Source: Longimicrobiales bacterium (GTDB lineage: Bacteria > Gemmatimonadota > Gemmatimonadetes > Longimicrobiales > Gaopeijiaceae). From it: 64,000 bases of DNA. The stretch lies in the NCBI GenBank assembly GCA_965204735.1, contig OZ242008.1, positions 3,488,001 through 3,552,000 of the forward strand. Reading direction: 5' to 3'. Of the stretch, positions 55,080-64,000 are shown in pieces (within the stretch, counting starts at the first letter, position 1; each line of letters starts with the position of its first letter). The translations under genes and the position numbers were made by a program. Below the pieces are notes generated by a model. That model had not been told where the DNA came from, made no database searches, and saw nothing but the letters and a program-made list of their open reading frames with translations.

Positions 55080-56065
55080 CAGCGCCTCCAAATTTCCAAG
55101 TCGCTGGCGTACCGAACGGAAAGCAGCTCCCTGTTGCGCGCGGTGAGGAGCCTGGTGCGAGCCGATCTCATGGCCTGCACGTCCTCGGCAACGGCGTTCC
55201 ATCCCACTCCCGAATGCACGAACGGGAGCTCGGGCACGGGCATGCCGAGGCGGGCGACGACGCTGCGCCAGTCGGCTTCGATGCTCTCGAGCCGCCCAAC
55301 GAAGTCCGGCAGCCGTCCGTTGTCGAGGCGCAGCAAGCTCTCCATCGACACGAAGTGCTCGTCCGCGTGCTGGTCGGCTCCGTACGGCGTGTTCAGCCAC
55401 TCGCAGTACGCGTCGAACTCCTGCGTGTCGGCCAAGCCGTAGAAGCGATCGAAGAGATCGGTGCGCTTCTGAAAGAGGATCCTGCGCCGTCCTTCCGTGT
55501 ACCTCCAGGGCGACACGTGCAGCTCGTACCAAAAGGAGAGGGCTCGCTCGAAAGGGTGTCTCACGAAGGCAAACGTAAACCAGTCCCGCACGTCCGGACG
55601 AACCCTGCACAGATCGACTGCGTTCATCTGGTAGACCTTGCACTCCGGATCTGCACTTGTCAGGGCCGCCAGGATGCTTCGAGAAGCAACCTTGGGCGTG
55701 CTGATCCAAACACATCGGTACGTCGGCGACACGAACTTCGGCGTGACCAGCGCCAGGGCGGAGGAACGCGTTGCCGTCGACGCCATCTGCCGGGCCCGCG
55801 TCAGATCGCCCCTTAGGACTGCGCCAGCCACGTCTCGGCCGACGCCCTCGCCGCGGAGCGACAGGAGACGGCCAACCCGTCGCACGGCACGGCGCGTCCA
55901 TCCGACTCGCCGATCCTCTATGCGGATCGGGTCGAACCCCATCTCGTAGGAGCGTCGCAACCCCTCCGACAGATCAACGCCTGCGTGGCCAGCCGTCCGG
56001 CGCCGCCGCGACGGATCGGCTCGGGAGTTCGAGTCGGCAGGCGAGACCGGAGCGGCTATCTTCAT
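55076..56065 (-). CDS. Sulfotransferase family 2 (HNK-1ST/CHST-like)
   Basis: PAPS-binding motifs TPKVASRS and FVRHPFERALS; DEHF, DFVGRLES, YASD. Confidence 0.88.
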   Translation of the reverse strand: MKIAAPVSPADSNSRADPSRRRRTAGHAGVDLSEGLRRSYEMGFDPIRIEDRRVGWTRRAVRRVGRLLSLRGEGVGRDVAGAVLRGDLTRARQMASTATRSSALALVTPKFVSPTYRCVWISTPKVASRSILAALTSADPECKVYQMNAVDLCRVRPDVRDWFTFAFVRHPFERALSFWYELHVSPWRYTEGRRRILFQKRTDLFDRFYGLADTQEFDAYCEWLNTPYGADQHADEHFVSMESLLRLDNGRLPDFVGRLESIEADWRSVVARLGMPVPELPFVHSGVGWNAVAEDVQAMRSARTRLLTARNRELLSVRYASDLEIWRRC

Positions 56066-56106
56066 GGGCGAATAATAGCCGACACGCCGATCGGAGGCGA
56101 TGCACC

Positions 56107-57684
56107 TTGAGACAGCCGCTCTGCCCCGGAGTCCGTCCTGTCCGTTCGTTTCGCCCTTGCAGCCCGCGAGCAGCCGCGACGCTCCTGGCGGGCGCCGCCG
56201 CGATGCTGGCTCCCACGGGCGGGCCGTCCCCCTTGCGCTGGGCGCCCGCCGGCCTTGCCGCCCAGGACCGGTACGACGTGGTGCTGGCCGGCGGTCGCGT
56301 CATGGACCCGGAAACGGGCCTCGACCAGGTCGGCCACGTCGGCATCCGCGGCTCCGAGATCGCGGTCGTGTCCGAGGAGCCGTTGGAGGGAGAAGTCGTC
56401 GTCGCCGCGACCGGCCTCGTGGTGGCGCCCGGGTTCATCGACCTGCACGCCCACGGACAGACCAACCGAGCGAACGAGTTCCAAGCCCGGGACGGCGTGA
56501 CGACGGCGCTGGAGCTGGAAAGCGGCGCCGCCAGCCCGAGAGAGTTCCTGGAGCGCCGCACCGGCAGGGCGATCCTCAACTTCGGGGCCACCGTCTCCCA
56601 CATGGCCGCCCGCGCATGGGCGATGCCCGGCCGCGCGGCCGCGCTCGAGCGGGCGGTTCGCGCGCTGGCCGACGACCCCGAAGCAGGCGAGCGCGCCCTG
56701 AGCTCGATCGCGTCGGCCGCTCGCTACGACCCGGTGCTTCCCGAGAACTACGGCGCCCTGCGCGACGCCCTGCGACGGGGACTCGCCGAGGGCGCGCTGG
56801 GGATCGGCATGGCGCACCAGTACTACCCGGGGGCGACGCGGAAAGAGGTTCTGCGCGTCTTCGAGCTGGCCGCCGAGGAGCAGGCGACGATCTACACCCA
56901 TGTCCGCAGCATGGGCGTCGGCGCCATGCAGGAGGTCGTCGCCGACGCTGTGGTCACCGGCGCGCCCCTTCACATCGTTCACGTCAACAGCTCCAGCCTG
57001 TGGAACATCGGCACGGTGCTGGACCTGGTCGGCGGCGTCCAGGACCGGGGCTTCGACGTGACCACCGAAGCGTACCCCTACACCGCGGCGTCCACCGGTC
57101 TCCAGTCGGCCATCTTCGACCCGGGCTGGCAGGAAGGCCTCCGAATCGGCTACGGCGACCTCCAGTGGCAGGACACGGGCGAACGCCTCACGGCGGAGAG
57201 CTTTCGGCGCTACCGAGCGTCGGGAGGCACGGTCATCATCCACATGATGCGCCCCGAGTGGATCCGCGAAGCCCTTTCGCGGGAGTTCGTGATGGTCGCG
57301 TCGGACGGGATGCCCTATGCGCCCGGCGCTCACCCCCGCAGCGCAGGCACGTTCTCGCGCTTCTTGGGACGGTACGTGCGGGACGAAGGGCTCGTCTCCC
57401 TCATGGACGGGCTCGCGCGGATCACGATCATGCCCGCCCGGCGCTTGGAGACGACCTCGGAGCAGGCCCGCCGCAAGGGTCGCCTGCAGCCCGGCGCCGA
57501 CGCCGACGTGACCGTGTTCGACCCGGCGCGGATCATCGACACGGCCACCTTCCAGGACGAGCTGTCCTACTCGCAGGGAGTGGTCCACGTCCTGGTGAAC
57601 GGCCAGTTCGTGGTGCGCGACGGCGAGAACGTGGCCGGGGCGACTCCGGGTCGGGCGGTGGTGGGCGCCCGCCCGGTCGGCTGA
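56107..57684 (+). CDS. N-acyl-D-amino-acid deacylase-like amidohydrolase
   Basis: GGRVMDPETG, PGFIDLHAH, HPRSAGTF, KGRLQPGADADVTVFD; TTG start after GGAGG inferred. Confidence 0.87.
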   Translation: MRQPLCPGVRPVRSFRPCSPRAAATLLAGAAAMLAPTGGPSPLRWAPAGLAAQDRYDVVLAGGRVMDPETGLDQVGHVGIRGSEIAVVSEEPLEGEVVVAATGLVVAPGFIDLHAHGQTNRANEFQARDGVTTALELESGAASPREFLERRTGRAILNFGATVSHMAARAWAMPGRAAALERAVRALADDPEAGERALSSIASAARYDPVLPENYGALRDALRRGLAEGALGIGMAHQYYPGATRKEVLRVFELAAEEQATIYTHVRSMGVGAMQEVVADAVVTGAPLHIVHVNSSSLWNIGTVLDLVGGVQDRGFDVTTEAYPYTAASTGLQSAIFDPGWQEGLRIGYGDLQWQDTGERLTAESFRRYRASGGTVIIHMMRPEWIREALSREFVMVASDGMPYAPGAHPRSAGTFSRFLGRYVRDEGLVSLMDGLARITIMPARRLETTSEQARRKGRLQPGADADVTVFDPARIIDTATFQDELSYSQGVVHVLVNGQFVVRDGENVAGATPGRAVVGARPVG

Positions 57685-57712
57685 CGGCAGCTCCGGGGCG
57701 CGGCAGCGTTCC

Positions 57713-58882
57713 ATGGAACCTCCGTCGAGCGTTCCTCGGGGAGACGGCTGGGCCGTGCCGGGAGCCGCCCCGTCCGACGCCCCTCCGCTGGACCTGGTGA
57801 TCGTCGGCGCTGGCCCTTGCGGGTTGGCGGCTGCGGTTGCGGCCAAGGAACACGGCTTGCGTCACGCGGTCCTGGATCGGGGCTGCATCACCCACTCTCT
57901 GACCCGCTACCCGTACTACATGACGTTCTTCTCGACCGCGGAGCGGCTGGAGATCGGCGGCGTGCCCTTTGCAATTCCCGAGCCCAAGCCCACCCGCCGC
58001 GAGGCCCTGGCGTACTATCGTCACGTGGCCCGGCGCCATGGCCTGGCAGTGCGGCAGTACGAAGAAGCGACCACGGTGGAGCGAGAGGAGGCTCCCTCCC
58101 GCGCCGGCGCGCCGCAGACGTTCACGACGCATACCCGCAGGACCGGACCGTGGGCCGGGAGACCGGTGCCGACCGCGCCGCTGCGTTCCCGAGGGGTGGT
58201 GGTCGCCACGGGCGGGTTCGGCGAGCCCAACCGACTGGAGCTGCCCGGCTGCTCGGACCCCGACGGCTACCCCGCCAACGTCGTCCACTACTACAAGGAG
58301 CCGTATCCCTACTTCGGCCACGACGTGGTCGTGGTGGGGGGCGGCAACTCGGCCGTGGAGACCGCGCTGGACCTGCACAGGAACGGCGTCGGAGTTCGGA
58401 TGGTGCACTTCGCGTCGGAGTTCGACCGCGGGGTGAAGCCCTGGGTTCGACCCGACATCGACAACCGACTCGCCGGCGGGGAGATCCCCATGCACTGGCG
58501 GTCGCGCGTAGCCCGAGTCGCAACGGAACGGCGCTCGGTCGAGATCGTGGACGAGGCCACGGGCGTCTCCAGCGAGCACCCGGCCGACTGGGTCCTGGCC
58601 ATGACGGGATGGTTGCCGGACAGCGCCTTGCTGGACGGCTTGGGGGTGGCGACCGATCCCGAGACCGGCATCCCCGTCCACGACCCGGCGACGATGGAAA
58701 CGAACGTCGGCGGCGTCTACCTTGCGGGCGTCGTCGCCGCCGGCTTCGACGCGAACAAGATCTTCATCGAGAACGGCCGGGAGCACGGCGCTCGCGTGGC
58801 GGCCCACATGGCGGCCGGCTTGGCCGCTCCGGCGCGGGCGTCTCGACCTGGACGGGCGGGCCTTCGCCGCTCCCCAAGCTGA
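57713..58882 (+). CDS. ypdA: YpdA family putative bacillithiol disulfide reductase
   Basis: GAGPCGL, MTFFSTAERLEIG, KPTRREALAYY, HYYKEP, GGGNSA, VKPWVRPD, IFIENGREH. Confidence 0.9.
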   Translation: MEPPSSVPRGDGWAVPGAAPSDAPPLDLVIVGAGPCGLAAAVAAKEHGLRHAVLDRGCITHSLTRYPYYMTFFSTAERLEIGGVPFAIPEPKPTRREALAYYRHVARRHGLAVRQYEEATTVEREEAPSRAGAPQTFTTHTRRTGPWAGRPVPTAPLRSRGVVVATGGFGEPNRLELPGCSDPDGYPANVVHYYKEPYPYFGHDVVVVGGGNSAVETALDLHRNGVGVRMVHFASEFDRGVKPWVRPDIDNRLAGGEIPMHWRSRVARVATERRSVEIVDEATGVSSEHPADWVLAMTGWLPDSALLDGLGVATDPETGIPVHDPATMETNVGGVYLAGVVAAGFDANKIFIENGREHGARVAAHMAAGLAAPARASRPGRAGLRRSPS

Positions 58883-59933
58883 GGACGGCCGGCGGGTCCA
58901 CCTCCCGCCGGACGTAGCCGAGTCCCACCACTTCGCCGAAGCGGAGCGACCGCACCGCGGAAGTGACCCGCCCGCACGCCTTCTCGGCGCCGCGCATGAA
59001 GAGCCGGTCCCCGGGCGCGACCGTCGCGCCGCCGAAGCGGAGCCACCGCAGGCGCCAGTTGACCCGTCCGCGGTGGCGAATCCGCACGATGACTTCCTGG
59101 CCCGTGTAGCATCCCTTCTCGTGGTCGAAGGCTCGATCCACCAAGCCCGCCTCCACCGGGATCGTCTTCTCGTCCATGTCCACGCCGAAGCGGGGGAAGC
59201 CCGCCTCGACCCGCAGGGTTTCCCAGACCTCCGGTCCCACAAGGGAGGCCCCGTGCTCGACAAGTCGCCGCCCCGCCCGCGCCGCTCCCTCGGCGCCCAC
59301 CCAAACGTCCCACGAGGCGACCTGCTCCAAGCCCTTCGCGATCAAGACGCCGCCCGCCAGCGGTCCCCCGTCCATGAGCGCGAATCCGCTCTCGGGCGCC
59401 GCGCCGAAGGCTCCGGCAACCGTCGCCCGCGCCTCCGGACCCACGGCGGTGAGCAGTGCGGTCCGGCCCGCCAAGTCCTCGACGCGCGCCATGCGGGGCG
59501 GCAGAAAGCGGGCGAAGTGGGCAAGGGCCGCGCCGCGGCCGGCAGCCGAGATGTCCAGTCCCACTCCCTCCGCCTCGGTCGCTCCCAGCCAAAGCGTCTT
59601 CTGGTCCGCGACCATGCGCCCCTTGGCCGTGAGGACGGCGCCGTAGACGACCTCGCCCGCCAGCACGCCCGGAGGGTCGTCGGCGACCGCCGGCGGTCCC
59701 GGCACCCGGTTGGTGAGGATGCCGTGGAGCATCCGCATCGGGGCTCGACCGGACACCCGCAACAGGACGCGGTCGGTCCGGCGCGCGACTCCGCATCGAT
59801 CGGCGGCCGCCTGGTACTCCCGCCGCGGCGCGCGGGTCGTGGATCCGCTGGCCATGGGCGCGTCCAACCTGTCTCTCCGCGACGCCTTGGCGACCGCCGG
59901 CGTCGGCGCCGGACTCGACCGTTCGCCCGTCAT
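58764..59933 (-). CDS. YgfZ/GcvT folate-binding family protein
   Basis: LTAKGRM, LRVEAG.P, KGCYTGQE, GRVTSA. Confidence 0.88.
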   Translation of the reverse strand: MTGERSSPAPTPAVAKASRRDRLDAPMASGSTTRAPRREYQAAADRCGVARRTDRVLLRVSGRAPMRMLHGILTNRVPGPPAVADDPPGVLAGEVVYGAVLTAKGRMVADQKTLWLGATEAEGVGLDISAAGRGAALAHFARFLPPRMARVEDLAGRTALLTAVGPEARATVAGAFGAAPESGFALMDGGPLAGGVLIAKGLEQVASWDVWVGAEGAARAGRRLVEHGASLVGPEVWETLRVEAGFPRFGVDMDEKTIPVEAGLVDRAFDHEKGCYTGQEVIVRIRHRGRVNWRLRWLRFGGATVAPGDRLFMRGAEKACGRVTSAVRSLRFGEVVGLGYVRREVDPPAVLSLGSGEGPPVQVETPAPERPSRPPCGPPRERRAPGRSR

Positions 59934-60066
59934 TCAGCTCCCGGCGGCGAGTCTGGAGGCAGGGTCGGAATCCAGCGGTTCCTGGCGCATGAACTCAATG
60001 TAACCCGGCTTGGACAGAGCAACCCCGGCTTGGACGGAAGCAGTCGGCCCGGACGGGCGCGGTTCC

Positions 60067-60199
60067 CGCGGCGTCGGCATGGACCGAAAGGGCTTCGCGG
60101 CGTCGGCATGGACGGAAGCGACGCGGCGTGGTAGCATGGTGTTCGCCCCGACGGCTTTGTGTTTGCCCCGACGGCTTTGGTGTTCGCCCCGACGGCTTT
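60067..60199. repeat. Two sets of short direct repeats in a divergent intergenic region
   Basis: CGCGGCGTCGGCATGGAC at 60067 and 60096; GTGTT(C/T)GCCCCGACGGCTTT three times at 60139, 60159 and 60180. Confidence 0.88.
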
Positions 60200-60250
60200 C
60201 TGGAGAGCGGCGTCCATGGAAGAAGCTTCAACCGGGGCCAGGAGGAGCTG

Positions 60251-60784
60251 ATGCTGGATCGTTCCATTGGCGCGGGACCCGCGGCGGAGCCGAGCGGCGA
60301 GCTGCTTCGCCTGTCCTGGGAGATGTTCGGCGAACTCTGTCGCGCCTTGGCGGTCAAGGTGGCCGCCGGATACGACCCCGAGGTCGTGGTCGGCGTTGCT
60401 CGGGCCGGAGTGATCCCAGGCGCCGTGGTGGCCTCGATGATGCGAACGGACTTCTTCTCGTTGAGAATCAGCCGACGGGAAGGAGGGCAAGTCGTCCGCC
60501 AGCGGCCGTCAATCTTGTCGGCGGCGCCCTCGCAAGCTCGGGGCAGGCGAGTCCTGATCGTCGACGAGATCACCACGTCGGGCGACACGCTGCGCTTGGC
60601 CTTGGCCGCGGTCCGCGACGTGGGCCCGTCCGAGGTCCGCACCGCGACCTGCTTCGCCCGGCCCCAGGGCTACAAGCCCGACTACTTCGCGCTCGCCACC
60701 GACGACACGATCGCCTACCCCTGGGACCGCAAGATATATCAAGACGGCGACCTCGTGGTGAACCCGCGCTACCGGCCGGCTTGA
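60251..60784 (+). CDS. Phosphoribosyltransferase (purine PRTase-like)
   Basis: AGGAGG RBS; GVARAGVIPG, VLIVDEITTSGDT, KPDY...IAYPWD. Confidence 0.88.
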   Translation: MLDRSIGAGPAAEPSGELLRLSWEMFGELCRALAVKVAAGYDPEVVVGVARAGVIPGAVVASMMRTDFFSLRISRREGGQVVRQRPSILSAAPSQARGRRVLIVDEITTSGDTLRLALAAVRDVGPSEVRTATCFARPQGYKPDYFALATDDTIAYPWDRKIYQDGDLVVNPRYRPA

Positions 60785-60990
60785 CCCATGGCGGCCGTGG
60801 CGAGGCGGCCCGCCGCGGAAGAGAGGGCGAGCGACGGCTCCTGACGGGAGGCTCCCAGCGGCGCCGCGGACCTACCGCCCACCGCCTTTCGTGGGCTAGC
60901 TTCAGGGGCTGATTCTTGGCCGTTTGTCACGCGAGCCGGCCCGCGCGCTCCCCTGCCGAAGCCGTCCGCCGACCGTCCGCCGGAGGTACC

Positions 60991-63900
60991 ATGCGCCGCT
61001 TGCCGTCCCACGCTGCCACGCCCGTCGCAGCCCTTGCTTCCCTCTCGACCATCCTCGTCGCGGCTTGCTCCGAGAGCATCGGCCCCTCGGACGTCGAGCC
61101 GCCCGAGCCTCCGCCGCTGCGGATCGCGGGCACCTACGCCGAAACAGGGGCGTACTCGGCCGACGCCCGCGCCATGGCGGACGGTTACAGACTCGCCGTG
61201 GAGATGCTCAACGAGCAGGGCGGCCTCGGCGGGCGCACCGTGCAGCTCGACCTGCGCGACGACGCCAGCGACCCGGGCGCTGCCGCCGAGATCTACCGTC
61301 GGCTGGCGGCGGACAGCACGATCGACCTGCTCCTCGGCCCCTTCAGCAGTCCCGTCACGGAAGCAGTGCTCCCGATCGTGGAGGCGGCGGGACGACCCTT
61401 CGTGGCCTCGATGGCCTCGTCCCCCGAGCTTTGGGAGGATCGGCAGCGCCAGTGGAGCGTCCAGCTTCTGGCGTCCGCCAGGAGCTACCTGCAGGGCTCG
61501 GTGGAGCTGGCCGCCGCGGAAGAGCTCGAGACCGTCGCCCTGGTGTGGGAGGACTCCCGCTTCCCCAGCTCGGTGGCCAGCGGCGTCCGCCAGGCCGTTC
61601 GGGAAGCCGGAATGCGCATCGTCCTGGACCAGTCCTACCCGGTGGGCGCCGCGGACCACGCGGCCTTGGCGACGGCCGTCATGGAGTCGGGCGCCGAGGT
61701 GCTTCTCGGAGGCGGCTACCGGAACGACGGGATCGAGCTCGCCAAGGCCCTGGGAGCAGTGGGACACGCTCCCCGGCTCGTGAGCCTGGTGATCGGCGCG
61801 GCGGACCCGGCGTTCGCCGAGGCGGCCGGCGAGCTGGCTCGCTGCGTGGCCGGCTACACCCCTTGGTCGCCCTCCATTCCCACCCAAGGCGGCTTGGCGA
61901 GCAACGCCGAGTTCGTCGAGCGCTTCAGGCAGGCTCGCGGCCGCGCCCCGGGCTATTTGGCGGCCGGCGGCTTCGCGGCGGTCGAGCTTCTCGCCGAAGC
62001 CGCCCGGGCCACGATCGGTCCTTCGGGCGAGATCGACGACGGCGCCCTGCGGGACTACCTCTTCGCCACCTCCACGCAGACGGTCCTGGGACCCTACGGA
62101 GTCGTCGCCCGCGGCGAGTCCGACGCCGGCGGCCAGCGGGCCCTTGTGGGACTTCAGGTCCAGTGGCAGGACGACGGCGCGGGAGGACTGGTCCAGCGGA
62201 TCGTCCACCCCTCCGCCTTCGCCAACGCCCAGGCGTGCTTCAACCCGCCCGACCCCGATCCGATCCGGGTGGCGGCCACGATCTCGGAGACCGGGCCCAG
62301 GCGGCGCAACGCCACGGACATGCACCGGGGCTACCGCTTGGCGGTCGAGATGCTCAACGAGCAGGGGGGCGTCGGCGGCAGGCCCGTCGAGCTCGTGACG
62401 GCGGACGACGGAAGCGCGCCGCGCACGGCTGCGGTCCTCTACGAGCGGTTCGTCGCGGACACGACGATCGACGTGGTCGTCGGTCCGTACAGCAGCTCGG
62501 TGACGGAAGCGGTGATCCCCGTGGTGGAGGCGGCGGAGATGCCGTTCGTCACGCCGTTGGCTTCCTCCACCGAGCTCTGGGAGGGACAGAACCGCCAGTG
62601 GACGGTCCAGATGGCCAGCCCCGGGCGGGCATCGCTGCGGGGCGCCGTTCAGCTGGCGGCGGAAGCGGGCGCCAGAACGGTCGCCGTCGTCTGGGAGGAC
62701 TCGCGATTCCCCGAGTCGGTGGCCGAAGGCGTGCGGCGGGAGGCCGGCATCAGAGGCGTGCGGATCGTGCTGGCCCGCTCGTTCCGCAGCGGTCGGGCCG
62801 ACCACGAACGGCTCGTCGCGGCGGCCAAGGAGGCGCGGGCGGACGTCTTCGTCGTCGGCGCCTACTTCGACGACGGAGTGGCGTTCGTCAGGGCCATGGA
62901 AGAGGTCGACTACACGCCCATGCTGGCGGCTTTCTCCACGGCGCCGGCCGACGCGGCGTTCGTCGAGGCGGCGGGCGCGAAGGCGCGGTGCGTGGCGGGC
63001 AACGCTTCATGGGTCCCGGCGGTCCGCACCCGGGGACCGATCGCCGACGGCGCCGAGTTCGCGCGACGCTATCGGGAGGCTTACGGCGGCGCGCCGAACT
63101 ACCGCTCGGCGTCTGCGTTCGGGGCCGTGGAGCTCCTCTCCATGGCACTCTCCGAGTCGATGGGGGAGGACGGCGAGATCGACGACGCCGCCGTGCGGGA
63201 CTACCTCTTCGCCGCGGACGTCGAGACGGTCCTGGGGCCGTACGCGGTCTTGCCCTTGGGGGCGGCGGCGGCAGGCAGCCAGTACCGGTTGCAGGGCCTC
63301 CTGATCCAGTGGCAGGACGACGGAGAGGGCGGCTTGGTGCAGCGGATCGTCCATCCGAGACGCCAGGCCGACGGGGAGGCGTGCATTGCCCCCCGCCCGC
63401 TCCGAATCGCGGGCACCTACCCGGCGACCGGCGTTCTGAGCCCCGATGGAGCGAACATGCACAGGGGCTACGCCCTTGCCGTGGAGATGCTGAACGAGCG
63501 GGGCGGGATCGCGGGCCGTCCCGTGGAGCTGACGCTCCAAGACGACCGGAGCGCTCCCCGGACCGCGGCCGAGATGTACGAGGAGTACGCGGCCGACGAG
63601 ACGATCGATCTGCTCCTGGGTCCGTACAGCAGTCCGATCACCGAGGCCGTGCTGCCGGCGACGGAAGCTGCGGAGCGGCCCCTGATCGCTGCGGGCGCCG
63701 CGTCGTCCGCGCTCTGGGCCGGCCGAAACCGGCGGTGGAGCGTGCAGCTGATCAACCCGGCCCGAACGTTCCTGCAAGGAGCGGTGGAGATGGCGTCGCA
63801 GCGCGGCGGCGTCACCACGGCAGCACTGGTGTGGGAAGACACGCGCTTCCCCGAGTCGGTGGCCGAAGGCGTGCGGGCGGCGGCGGCCGACGCCGGCGTG

Positions 63901-64000
63901 AAAGTGGTGATGGACCGCTCCTACCGGGCGGGCCGCGCCGACCACGAAGCCCTGGCCGCGGCGGCCAAGGAGGCGGGCGCGGAGCTCTTCATCGGCGGCG
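60991..64000 (+). CDS. 3'-partial lipoprotein of at least three concatenated branched-chain-amino-acid-type ABC substrate-binding domains
   Basis: GGAGG RBS, LVAAC lipobox; one open frame to the window end; GY.LAVEMLNE.GG..GR.V.L...DD, GP(F/Y)SS..TEAV and VWED(S/T)RFP each occur three times. Confidence 0.88.
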   Translation, partial: MRRLPSHAATPVAALASLSTILVAACSESIGPSDVEPPEPPPLRIAGTYAETGAYSADARAMADGYRLAVEMLNEQGGLGGRTVQLDLRDDASDPGAAAEIYRRLAADSTIDLLLGPFSSPVTEAVLPIVEAAGRPFVASMASSPELWEDRQRQWSVQLLASARSYLQGSVELAAAEELETVALVWEDSRFPSSVASGVRQAVREAGMRIVLDQSYPVGAADHAALATAVMESGAEVLLGGGYRNDGIELAKALGAVGHAPRLVSLVIGAADPAFAEAAGELARCVAGYTPWSPSIPTQGGLASNAEFVERFRQARGRAPGYLAAGGFAAVELLAEAARATIGPSGEIDDGALRDYLFATSTQTVLGPYGVVARGESDAGGQRALVGLQVQWQDDGAGGLVQRIVHPSAFANAQACFNPPDPDPIRVAATISETGPRRRNATDMHRGYRLAVEMLNEQGGVGGRPVELVTADDGSAPRTAAVLYERFVADTTIDVVVGPYSSSVTEAVIPVVEAAEMPFVTPLASSTELWEGQNRQWTVQMASPGRASLRGAVQLAAEAGARTVAVVWEDSRFPESVAEGVRREAGIRGVRIVLARSFRSGRADHERLVAAAKEARADVFVVGAYFDDGVAFVRAMEEVDYTPMLAAFSTAPADAAFVEAAGAKARCVAGNASWVPAVRTRGPIADGAEFARRYREAYGGAPNYRSASAFGAVELLSMALSESMGEDGEIDDAAVRDYLFAADVETVLGPYAVLPLGAAAAGSQYRLQGLLIQWQDDGEGGLVQRIVHPRRQADGEACIAPRPLRIAGTYPATGVLSPDGANMHRGYALAVEMLNERGGIAGRPVELTLQDDRSAPRTAAEMYEEYAADETIDLLLGPYSSPITEAVLPATEAAERPLIAAGAASSALWAGRNRRWSVQLINPARTFLQGAVEMASQRGGVTTAALVWEDTRFPESVAEGVRAAAADAGVKVVMDRSYRAGRADHEALAAAAKEAGAELFIGG

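Noticed and set aside
59934..60137. 67-aa ORF upstream of the ygfZ-like gene
   Set aside because: Runs through short repeats with no recognisable motif; unsupported
60067..60199. Mini CRISPR array
   Set aside because: Repeats are adjacent without unique spacers and no cas genes are seen

Overview
High-GC bacterial window. The gene mix (VPS10/BNR glycosyl hydrolase, DUF5916, LVIVD, NHL repeat, HupE/UreJ, YpdA, many Ig-like lipoproteins) suggests Gemmatimonadota, possibly a marine or host-associated lineage; this is an inference only. The first ~19 kb is an accessory region. It holds an IS1202-like element with a 17-bp target duplication inserted in an Ig-like/HExxH gene. That gene is followed by three tandem, non-synonymously diversified, signal-peptide-bearing paralogs, a candidate novel toxin/poly-immunity or variable-binder cassette. 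Next come two duplicated lipoprotein genes sharing an ECF-like promoter, a type III R-M system, a repetitive Ig-like lipoprotein, and a MunI-like/MT-A70 R-M pair inserted into a copper-oxidase operon. The rest contains secreted hydrolases, an orphan HipA, a second IS with an in-frame A9 tract, a peptidase/symporter/3-hydroxyproline dehydratase operon, a probable 3-keto-glycoside operon with a C22 tract, a GT2/sulfotransferase glycan locus, ypdA and a ygfZ-like gene. At the right edge is a lipoprotein made of at least three concatenated ABC substrate-binding domains. No rRNA, tRNA or CRISPR array was seen. All family assignments come from motif recognition, not database searches.
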